NCBI GenBank assembly: GCA_013289875.1
Contig: JABCZC010000013.1
Coordinates: 7,069-71,068, forward strand
DNA: 64,000 bases
From: Acidobacteriota bacterium
GTDB lineage: Bacteria > Acidobacteriota > Terriglobia > Terriglobales > Acidobacteriaceae
Reading direction: 5' to 3'
Position numbers and translations under genes: made by a program. Shown in pieces: positions 34,761 through 42,861 of the stretch (position 1 is the first letter of the stretch; each line of letters starts with the position of its first letter). The notes under the pieces are model-generated. The model ran no database searches. It was not told where the DNA came from and was given only the letters and a program-made list of their open reading frames with translations.

Positions 34761-34916
34761 ATAACGATACAGGATTGGGACTCAACCGTCCCTGGATTTT
34801 ACGCGGCTGCGGCTTGGCGTTTATTGCTGATGTCGCTCGCTCGCGCTAGAAACACGGTATTGGATTAGGATATCGACTGGCCCTGAATCGGCCAGGAAAA
34901 GACTTAGGAGAACACA

Positions 34917-35111
34917 TTGGGCGACAGCGAGATTCTGAACAATCAAAACACCATTATCAAAAACCAAAAGGACATCCTCGAAAATCAGGAGACCATCAAG
35001 AAGAATCAGGTGGCACTGGAACAGATCTTGTCGAATCAGAAAGAGATTCTGACGAACCAGAAGGAAATTCTGGCCAATCAGAAGAATATTCTGGCAGCAG
35101 TGAAGCGATAA
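34917..35111 (+). CDS. 64-aa heptad-repeat (IxxNQxx) mini-protein
   Basis: TTG start with AGGAG 6 nt upstream. Eight heptads (ILNNQNT IIKNQKD ILENQET IKKNQVA / LEQ / ILSNQKE ILTNQKE ILANQKN ILAAVKR). The repeats differ at synonymous sites. A hairpin lies 17 nt after the stop. Confidence 0.6.
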   Translation: MGDSEILNNQNTIIKNQKDILENQETIKKNQVALEQILSNQKEILTNQKEILANQKNILAAVKR

Positions 35112-35127
35112 GAGTTGTTAGCTCTCG

Positions 35128-35153
35128 GAGATCGGGCCCTGCGAGCCGATCTC
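35128..35153 (+). terminator. Hairpin after the mini-protein gene
   Basis: GAGATCGG-N10-CCGATCTC followed by TTATCC. The U-tract is weak. Confidence 0.35.
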
Positions 35154-35223
35154 TTATCCACGGGTTTTAAGGCCCGGGTTTCCGACTGGGCTTCGCTTTA
35201 CGCGGCGAGAGGCGCCGCGGTCT

Positions 35224-35250
35224 CCCACCCTTTTCACGCAAAAGGGTGGG
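35224..35250. repeat. Perfect 11-bp inverted repeat (stem-loop)
   Basis: CCCACCCTTTT-cacgc-AAAAGGGTGGG. No flanking T-run on either strand. Confidence 0.6.
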
Positions 35251-35354
35251 GACCCATCTGAAATTTCATAATCGGTTCGCTGTCCGGTTGTATTGTGTTT
35301 TTGCCGGGGTGCAGAATCGCCGTGGCACACAAAGAAATACGAGGAGGTGCGTTC

Positions 35355-36263
35355 ATGCAAACCCTGCGGGAAGTTCTGCAGCAGACGCAACAACGTGGAG
35401 TGGCTATCGGCCACTTCAATATCTCCGATCTTGTTCTATTGAAGGCGGTTGTCGCCGCCGCACAGGAGCTAAATGTTCCGGTTCTGGTCGGCGCGTCCCA
35501 GGGGGAGCGCGATTTTATGGGAATTCACGAGATTGCAGCTCTGGTAAAGAGCCTGCGCGAAGAATCGGGTGTTCCAATCTTTTTGAACGCGGACCATACG
35601 CACTCGCTGGCCAAGGCCGAAGAGGCGGCAAGGGCGGGGTTTGATTCGATCGTCTTCGATCTGTCCGCGTTGCCCCGGGAGGAGAATGTTCGCCAGACGA
35701 AGGAGGCGGTCGCCAAGCTCAAGGCGATTCATCCGGCAATGCTTATAGAAGGAGAGATCGGAGATATCGGCACGGGCTCTGAAATCCACGAAACGATGGT
35801 CGATGTGTCAAAAGGGCTGACGACTCCGGAAGAGGCAAAACAATTCGTCGAGGCGACGGGAATCGACATTCTGGCTCCGGCGGTTGGGAATATGCACGGC
35901 ATGTCAAGCAGCATGGTGAGGGGAGAAGCAAGGAAGCATCTCGACATAAAGAGGATCGCCGAGATCAAGAAGGCCACGGGAGTGCCGCTGACGCTGCATG
36001 GCGGCTCAGGAACCGAGGACGACGATTTTCGCAAGGCCATCGCAGCCGGGATCAACGTTGTGCACATCAACACAGAGGTGCGAGTTGCCTGGAGACAGGC
36101 TCTGGAAGCCAGTTTGGCCAAACAACCAGGTGAAGTGGTTCCGTATAAGATTCTTCCTCCTGTTATTGAGGCGGTGAAGGAAGTCGTCCTCTCACGGCTG
36201 AGGTTGTTTAACGGCGTGGGGCTTGTGGCTCAAGATGCGGGCCTCGCATCGGCTACTGGTTAG
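35355..36263 (+). CDS. fba: Class II fructose-bisphosphate aldolase
   Basis: GVAIGHFNISDL...LNADHT...LTLHGGSG motifs. ATG 35355 has GAGGAGG upstream (the track ORF starts at 35295). Confidence 0.9.
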   Translation: MQTLREVLQQTQQRGVAIGHFNISDLVLLKAVVAAAQELNVPVLVGASQGERDFMGIHEIAALVKSLREESGVPIFLNADHTHSLAKAEEAARAGFDSIVFDLSALPREENVRQTKEAVAKLKAIHPAMLIEGEIGDIGTGSEIHETMVDVSKGLTTPEEAKQFVEATGIDILAPAVGNMHGMSSSMVRGEARKHLDIKRIAEIKKATGVPLTLHGGSGTEDDDFRKAIAAGINVVHINTEVRVAWRQALEASLAKQPGEVVPYKILPPVIEAVKEVVLSRLRLFNGVGLVAQDAGLASATG

Positions 36264-36466
36264 CGTTCGCGCGGCGGAGCATCTCACCCGCTTTGGCGAG
36301 CTGCGTAACCGGTCGTAACTCCCCACCCTTCGCTCCTCCGCTCCATCGCGCCCAACAGCGGGTGCGCCTGGGACCCCGGTGCGCGAAGGATGCCCGGTTG
36401 CTGTCTCCAGGTCAGGAAGTCGAGGTATGATTGTTCTCCTCCGGTTGATTTCAAAGCAGATCGATT

Positions 36467-37579
36467 ATGGCGGGCTCCGCAGCTGTCCCTTCAACAACCC
36501 GGTGTGCGATATGCGGGAACGACAATCCGGCATCCAATGCCTATTGCGGACAATGCGGAGCCCAGCTGAATGCTGACTCGGCGGCGTTTGCCGAACGTGT
36601 CCGGGCGGTGATTCACGCGCAGCTGAAGGACCAGAACGCCTTCGAAATCGAAACGACGGAAAAATTTTTCACGCGCCTGATGGGCTGGGCCAAAAGCTAT
36701 GCCGTTGTTGTAGGCAGTTGCATCGCCATCCTGGCGCTCACCCTCGCGATATGGGGAATTACGAAGTTTGCGGATGTGAACATCAAATTGAACGACGCGG
36801 AGAAGAAGGCGGAGAAGCTGGCCGCGTCGTCGGAAAACATTACGGCAAGGTACAACCAGCTCGAGAAGGATTTTGCGCAATACGAGAAGCTCGACCAGCA
36901 GGTGCAGGTGCTGCAGTCGAAGGTGACGGCGATCAGCAAACGCATCGGATTCACGCCCTCGGCCGATCTGTCGCCGGAGCTGGAGCAGAATCTGAATTCC
37001 GTGCTGGCGCAGTTTGACGTCTTTCTTCGCAGCCTGGATTATTCCCCGGGAGACGAGCGGGTGACGGTCTCGGTGGTGGACTCGCTGGGGAACAATGTTT
37101 CATCTACCTATAGTCCAACTGAACACAAGATTGAGATCACCAAGAAATCCGCCGAGCAGGAAGGCTTCCTGCTGGTTGATTTCATGCCGATCGCGCTGCG
37201 CAGGCACGAGTCGGGAAGCACCTCTTATCTGGCTGTGTCAGACGCTCTGTCCCGCTACATTCCGGCGAGCTTTCTGGGTCATGCAGTGTCGGGCTGGCCG
37301 GTGGAGTATGGGCCCGACAGATGGCCAGACGCTGTCGATGAGGCCAACCTGAACAACGCGGCCCAGTCGCTGTTTAAGGCACTGTGGAAGCTGCGGGGGA
37401 CAATCCCATCGGGCATCCTCGACCGGGCCGCATTGAAGGGGTGGGCGGAGACGCAGGAGCTTTATCGGGATCCGCACTATCAGAAGCTGTTCGTTGAGCA
37501 GCTGGTCATGGAGCTGCCGCAAGGGGAGCGCGATAGAGTGCGGAGGTTTTTCAGTGATCGAAATATCCTCCCGAAGTGA
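36467..37579 (+). CDS. Zinc-ribbon / single-TM / coiled-coil protein of unknown function
   Basis: CAICGNDNPASNAYCGQCG at the N-terminus, a TM helix (YAVVVGSCIAILALTLAIWGI), a coiled-coil stretch, and then a domain I do not recognise. Confidence 0.6.
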   Translation: MAGSAAVPSTTRCAICGNDNPASNAYCGQCGAQLNADSAAFAERVRAVIHAQLKDQNAFEIETTEKFFTRLMGWAKSYAVVVGSCIAILALTLAIWGITKFADVNIKLNDAEKKAEKLAASSENITARYNQLEKDFAQYEKLDQQVQVLQSKVTAISKRIGFTPSADLSPELEQNLNSVLAQFDVFLRSLDYSPGDERVTVSVVDSLGNNVSSTYSPTEHKIEITKKSAEQEGFLLVDFMPIALRRHESGSTSYLAVSDALSRYIPASFLGHAVSGWPVEYGPDRWPDAVDEANLNNAAQSLFKALWKLRGTIPSGILDRAALKGWAETQELYRDPHYQKLFVEQLVMELPQGERDRVRRFFSDRNILPK

Positions 37580-37671
37580 AATCGCGATAGGCTCGGCAGG
37601 TGGGACGCGACTCCTCTTTTATGATAGAGACCAATCCGGCGGCGGTTAGGCTTTTCCGGCGAGGTCGCAGT

Positions 37672-38439
37672 TCAGTTCCATGGGGTGGCGTTGATCATAT
37701 TCTGCACGCGCATCATGCTTTCCTGGCTGACCTGGACAAAGCCTCGGCGGGGATTGTCGATGTCGTAGGTCAATGCGAGCGAGGCAGCGAGCGCGACCTG
37801 CAGCATTCCCCGGAGGATGTAGGACCGCGACTTCAAATCGGCGGCAAGCAAAACACAGGCCATCATTCCCAGCAGAAGCATGATCACCCACGACAGGACC
37901 GGGATCCTGTTTTCAAAGGCGGCTGTTCGTTTTTCGGCGGCCTGAATGCTTTCGCTGAGCGTAGTGAGAAACTGCATAGCGGCCGAATCGCGATGGTCCG
38001 CCGCCTCATCATCCGCCACCTGCCACATGCGCACCTGCAAGGCAGCGCTCTGACGCAGAGCCTGCCGATAGCCCGCTCCCCCCGGTCCGGACTGGAAGTA
38101 CTCGATTCGCAGCGGGATATATTGACGGATGAGAAAGCGTTCTGTGTTGCGTGCCGATTCGCTCAGGAATGATGTCCGGAGCCACAGAGTCTGGAGGTCG
38201 GTTGCTTCGGCGACCTCCAGCTGTCTGCGCTCCTCGAGGCGCGAATTGGCGATGTAAAAGGTGAAGCCAAGCATGATGCCGAACAGGCCGAGTGCTGCTC
38301 CGAGAAGCGTGGTGACGGACAGCTCTTCGGGCTCACCATGAGTTCTTCTCCAGGAGCGAAGCCAAAGGCCGACGAGCGCGGCGATGGTGAACAACGCCAG
38401 CGTGATGACGAAGAAGACGGGAGAATCGATATGCCACAT
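37672..38439 (-). CDS. DUF4239-like membrane protein
   Basis: Two N-terminal and two C-terminal TM helices with the C-terminal YDIDNPRRGFVQV motif typical of that family. Confidence 0.55.
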   Translation of the reverse strand: MWHIDSPVFFVITLALFTIAALVGLWLRSWRRTHGEPEELSVTTLLGAALGLFGIMLGFTFYIANSRLEERRQLEVAEATDLQTLWLRTSFLSESARNTERFLIRQYIPLRIEYFQSGPGGAGYRQALRQSAALQVRMWQVADDEAADHRDSAAMQFLTTLSESIQAAEKRTAAFENRIPVLSWVIMLLLGMMACVLLAADLKSRSYILRGMLQVALAASLALTYDIDNPRRGFVQVSQESMMRVQNMINATPWN

Positions 38440-38534
38440 AGCGGTAGCAGTGTAGCGCAGAGTGGCCTAATCGGGTGGAGGGGAGGCTTTGCCGGGATGG
38501 GGGACCCGGATTGTGCTGAACGTATTTGTATCTT

Positions 38535-39377
38535 TTACTTCTGGCTCCAGAACGGATCGGCATTGGCCCAGGTCGGCTCATAACTCATCTTGGGATTGAA
38601 TGCGAACATTTGCGATTCTGTGGACTCGATGGAAGATGCCGTGAGGTCCCGAAGCTTCTTCAGTTCATCGGCACTCATCGATTTTTCGAACCCACTGCCG
38701 TCGATCATCTCCTGATCCACTTCCGCGAGCGATTTCATGGGCGTAACTGAGATAAATCTGCTTCCGCTTGGTTGCGAGCCATACATCTTCTCGAAGGTTG
38801 CCCAGTGCGCATTGGGAATCTTCTGGAAGGCGGCCATGTACATCTTCGCCAGGTCTTCAAAATCCTTCTCGTGACCGGGGCGAACATTAAAGATGGTGAT
38901 GTCCATATAGCGCATGTGCGGGATGTCGATGGGCCCGCGCAGGCTGAGGTCTTCGCGATAGGTGTAGATGCTGGTCTCGTAGGCCTCAAGCAGGGCGCCA
39001 TCGGCGACAGTCGCGCTGTCGAGCGCAGCCGCCAAGCTGGTGTTCTTCATGGTGGCGTCCATATCCTTCTGCCAGGCGTCGAATGAGTCATAGCCCACGA
39101 AGAAGACGGCTCGCGACCGGCCGGTGAGAGCATCCGTACCGAAGTAGTGGGTGGGCCAGTTAGCGTCGGTCATAGCCTTGACGAAAGCGCTCTCGGTTTT
39201 CACGTGCGGATTGCCGCCCTGACCGGGCTTGAGGCTCTCCATTATGATCTGCAATACCTTCGGCGGTGGTGTGGTGCTTGCCGCCTGATCCTGCGCGTAT
39301 GCCGTGGCTGGTGCGGTAAAAGTGAGGCCCGTGAATACAAGACATAGCCCTGCTAATGATCCAAAAAGCTTCCTCAT
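38535..39377 (-). CDS. Secreted hypothetical protein (two alpha+beta-barrel-like halves)
   Basis: Signal peptide ending ATAYAQDQ. No family recognised. Confidence 0.55.
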   Translation of the reverse strand: MRKLFGSLAGLCLVFTGLTFTAPATAYAQDQAASTTPPPKVLQIIMESLKPGQGGNPHVKTESAFVKAMTDANWPTHYFGTDALTGRSRAVFFVGYDSFDAWQKDMDATMKNTSLAAALDSATVADGALLEAYETSIYTYREDLSLRGPIDIPHMRYMDITIFNVRPGHEKDFEDLAKMYMAAFQKIPNAHWATFEKMYGSQPSGSRFISVTPMKSLAEVDQEMIDGSGFEKSMSADELKKLRDLTASSIESTESQMFAFNPKMSYEPTWANADPFWSQK

Positions 39378-39569
39378 GATGTTCGACTCCTATGGCGCGA
39401 CTGAGATTGCGACCATGAATGTCAGGCGATAAGGGGGATTAGGCAGGTACGGAGGGGTTTCGTGCCGCGAGCGGGTTACCGTCGATCGTTCCTGGGCAGT
39501 TGAACCCTACTCCGCGGGAGTGCGGTGCGCAACCTAAATCTGAGAGGTGGTGGTGGGGGAGTTTCCTTG

Positions 39570-40259
39570 CTAATCCGGCGGAGGTGATGCTTTGCCAGCT
39601 AAATCGCAGGCGCGCCACAGATACCACGACGCAACCGATCGCCAGGGACGCCAGCGCTCGCCTCGTCGAAGCATCTCGTCAGGCTTGGCGAGCATGGTGG
39701 CGTCGAATGGCTTCGATTTGGGCAGACGCTTGAAGGTGAGGGCGAAGCCTTTGCGGACTCCGTAGTCGGTGACGGGCAGGACGTCGGGGCGGCCGAGGCG
39801 GAAGATCAATAACATTTCAACGGTCCAGGGGCCGATGCCACGCACCTTCGTCAGGCGCTCGACGATTTCGGCGTCGGGCAAGCGGCGGATCTGGGCGAGG
39901 GTGGGGACAGTTCCGTCGAGGGTTTTGGCGGCGAGGTCGCGCAGGGCGAGGAGCTTGTTGGCGGAGAGGCCGCATCCGCGGAGGCGGTCGTCGGGCGCAG
40001 TGATGATGTGCTCGGGCGCGGGGTGAAACTCTCCGAAGAAGGTGATGACCCGCTTGAGGATGGCTGCGGCGGCCTTGCCGTTGAGCTGCTGATAGACGAT
40101 CGACTCAAGCAGCGCCTCGAAGGGCGAGTGCTGGCTCTTGAGGCGGAGCGTGTAGGGGCCGGCACGCTCGATGAGGCGTCCCAAGAGGGCGTCGGCGGCG
40201 GTGAGCTCGCGGATGGCGAGCGCGGAGTCGTAGCGGGGCGCGAGGCGGCCGTCAGTCAT
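39570..40259 (-). CDS. alkA: DNA-3-methyladenine glycosylase II family (HhH-GPD)
   Basis: VRGIGPWTVEMLLIFRLGRPDVLPVTDYGVRKG helix-hairpin-helix/GPD motif. Confidence 0.85.
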   Translation of the reverse strand: MTDGRLAPRYDSALAIRELTAADALLGRLIERAGPYTLRLKSQHSPFEALLESIVYQQLNGKAAAAILKRVITFFGEFHPAPEHIITAPDDRLRGCGLSANKLLALRDLAAKTLDGTVPTLAQIRRLPDAEIVERLTKVRGIGPWTVEMLLIFRLGRPDVLPVTDYGVRKGFALTFKRLPKSKPFDATMLAKPDEMLRRGERWRPWRSVASWYLWRACDLAGKASPPPD

Positions 40260-40439
40260 GAGAAACAGGGTACCGTGTGCAGGGGCGCGGTGTAGAGCAA
40301 TTGCGGTCAGGAAGAGTCCGCGAGGCAGTTACCGCGAGAGCTCGCAGATCCAGTTCACCTCCCAGGTCTTTCCACCGTCCGGCGAAAAAGACTGCTCCAT
40401 GCGCGCCGAGTTCGGCGAGATGTTCAGCCAGACACAAAA

Positions 40440-41765
40440 ATGGCGCGGATACGACGAACTTCAGCTTCAGTGATTTCATCGCCCCATGCTCTCAAGGGTT
40501 CAGGAACGACGCAAGAGGATTGGACGAGAGGCGGGCGGTATAGGGGAAACTTCTCAGAAGCAAATACGTGTTTGGGGGTTAGTCTGGCTGGGGGCTCGAA
40601 CTTGAGACGCTGTCTTCATGTTGTCGCGTTATTCGTTTCATTGCTCGCTATTCTTGCGTGCGTCGGCGCGGGCCGCGTTGAGACAGTCTCGGCAGGCGAG
40701 CTTGGTACGGGGCCGATCCGGGTGCAAGGGCCGGGAATGCAGCCGCAGATCTTCTTTGCCTGCTGCGATCAGGGCATGGCCGATATGGAGTCGTGGGTGG
40801 GGAATCCCGAGGTGATCTCGCAGCTTCAGGGATTGCACGCAGGACTGGCGGTCGAGATCAGCGACTTCAGCGCGGAGCGGGCAAAGGCGGTGTGCCAGCT
40901 GAATGAGGCCGGGATTCCGCTTACGGCGTGGCTGGTGATGTCGCGGCAAGAGGGTCATTATCTGAACGGCTTCAATGCGCCGCAGGCCGAGGAGCGCTTC
41001 GAGGAGTTTGCGAAGTGGACGCGGGAGAACGGCCTGAAGTGGGGGGCGGTTGGGCTGGATATCGAGCCGAACTTCGACCAGCTCAAGGCCGCGAGCCAGC
41101 ACAAGGGGAGGTTCCTTTGGCTGCTGACGAAGCGGTTCTTTGACTACGGCGAGGTGGAGCGGGGGCGCGAGGCTTATGCGGCTCTGATCAAGCGGATTCA
41201 GGCGGCGGGGTATCCGGTGCAGACCTACCAGATGCCGTTTCTGGCCGAGGAACGCGCGGTGCATTCGACGCTGATCGAACGGCTGTTCGGAATTGTGGAC
41301 GTGCGCGGCAACGAGGAAGTGCTGATGGCGTATAGCAGCTTCAATCATGCGGCGGGAGGCGGGGTTCCGCTGATGTATGGCCCGCAGACGCAGACGCTCG
41401 CCGTGGGAATTACCTCCGATGACAAAGCAGCCGGGTTAACCGGGCTGAGCTGGGATGAGTTCTCGCGCGACCTGATTGTGGGCGCTCATTTTTCGCGTGT
41501 GGTAGGTGTGTATAGCCTGGAGGGCTGCATACGGTATGGCTATCTGCCGCGGATGATCGCACTGGACTGGGGGCAGACGGTGACGATTCCGGCCGGTCAG
41601 GTGGCCGCGGCGCAGAAGTTTGATAAGCATGCGCGTCATGCGATCTGGATCTTTTCGCGTCTGCCCTACGTTGTGATTGCACTGCTGGTACTTGCCATTC
41701 CTTTCGCGTGGTGGCTGAGCAGGCGCGAGAAGCGCCGGAATGCGCGTGCAGCCGAGATCGCCTAA
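40440..41765 (+). CDS. Hypothetical protein, probable lipoprotein or membrane-anchored
   Basis: A more likely start is TTG 40602, giving MRRCLHVVALFVSLLAILAC (lipobox-like). C-terminal TM helix. No family recognised. Confidence 0.5.
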   Translation: MARIRRTSASVISSPHALKGSGTTQEDWTRGGRYRGNFSEANTCLGVSLAGGSNLRRCLHVVALFVSLLAILACVGAGRVETVSAGELGTGPIRVQGPGMQPQIFFACCDQGMADMESWVGNPEVISQLQGLHAGLAVEISDFSAERAKAVCQLNEAGIPLTAWLVMSRQEGHYLNGFNAPQAEERFEEFAKWTRENGLKWGAVGLDIEPNFDQLKAASQHKGRFLWLLTKRFFDYGEVERGREAYAALIKRIQAAGYPVQTYQMPFLAEERAVHSTLIERLFGIVDVRGNEEVLMAYSSFNHAAGGGVPLMYGPQTQTLAVGITSDDKAAGLTGLSWDEFSRDLIVGAHFSRVVGVYSLEGCIRYGYLPRMIALDWGQTVTIPAGQVAAAQKFDKHARHAIWIFSRLPYVVIALLVLAIPFAWWLSRREKRRNARAAEIA

Positions 41766-41991
41766 TTTACGACCGCTTTGGTCCTTATTTATAGGGGCGG
41801 AAATTGTCCCGGATTTTTCAGGCTCATCCCTCCACGCTTGATTTTGCTGCCCTTTCGCCTGCTATATTGAATCTTCGACTCAATGTGAATTTCGGGTCAG
41901 GTTCACGTCCCGGACAACGTGCCGCGCGCCACAGCCGCGCGTGGTTGCCCTCCAACCGAACTGGATTCTTCGAGGAAACAAGGACGCATTC

Positions 41992-42861
41992 ATGGCGCAG
42001 ATTTTTGACCGCAGCTCGAACGCGCTGGCACGGGCTAGCCTGGTCCTGACGGGGTTGATTGTCATTGCCCTGGGAGTAACGCTGGACCAATTGCAACGGT
42101 CTCCGTGGGTCACACGCCAGGGCCAGCGGGCGGATCAGCCGGTTCCCTTCAGCCACAAGCATCACGTCGAAGGTCTGGGCCTGCAGTGCCAGTACTGCCA
42201 CGTGTCGGTCGAGAAGTCGAGCTACGCGGGCATCCCGCCTACCCGCACCTGCATGAATTGCCACTCGCAGATCTGGACGAATGCCAATCTGCTCGAGCCG
42301 GTCCGCCAGAGCTGGGCCACGGGCGAGTCGATTGTGTGGACCAAGGTTCACGATCTGCCCGACTTCGTCTACTTCAGCCACGAGATTCACGTGAACAAGG
42401 GCCTCGGGTGCTCCACCTGCCACGGCCGCGTGGACGAAATGCCCATCATGTATGAGCAGAACACTCTGCAAATGGAGTGGTGTCTTAACTGCCATCGCAA
42501 CCCGAAGGTAAATCTGCGGCCGACGAGCGAGATTTACAACATGGCGTGGAAAGGCGCATCGGAGATGACTCCGGTGTGGTGCTCGGCCTCGGACGTGAAG
42601 TCCGGTACACCGACAGCGGAGTCGGTGAACTGCACGACGACCGATCCCAATCCTGGTGCCGGCAGTTCGGAGCAGGCTTCGCTGCACCTGATTCCGGTGG
42701 TGAATGCGCAGACTACCGATGCACCCAGCAGTGCGCAGCCCGCACAGACAACAAGCTATACGAAGTTTACGAGCCAGGAGGCGCTGGGCGATTTCCTGGT
42801 GCAGCACTACAACATCCGGTCTCCACGGGATCTTTCAAGCTGCGAGGTATGCCACCGATGA
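41992..42861 (+). CDS. actA: Alternative complex III subunit ActA (pentahaem cytochrome c)
   Basis: Five CxxCH motifs (CQYCH, CMNCH, CSTCH, CLNCH, CEVCH) and an N-terminal TM helix. ATG 41992 is preferred to GTG 41941. Confidence 0.85.
   Translation: MAQIFDRSSNALARASLVLTGLIVIALGVTLDQLQRSPWVTRQGQRADQPVPFSHKHHVEGLGLQCQYCHVSVEKSSYAGIPPTRTCMNCHSQIWTNANLLEPVRQSWATGESIVWTKVHDLPDFVYFSHEIHVNKGLGCSTCHGRVDEMPIMYEQNTLQMEWCLNCHRNPKVNLRPTSEIYNMAWKGASEMTPVWCSASDVKSGTPTAESVNCTTTDPNPGAGSSEQASLHLIPVVNAQTTDAPSSAQPAQTTSYTKFTSQEALGDFLVQHYNIRSPRDLSSCEVCHR

Noticed and set aside
40252-40479. 75-aa minus-strand ORF overlapping the alkA start region and the 5' end of the 40440 ORF.
   Set aside because: No motif, and it overlaps two better-supported reading frames. 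It probably reflects an uncertain start of the downstream gene rather than a real gene.
41838-41868. Sigma-70-like TTGATT ... TATATT pair upstream of actA.
   Set aside because: The spacer is 19 nt by my count, outside the usual 16-18 nt, and promoter consensus for this lineage is uncertain. Not reported as a feature.
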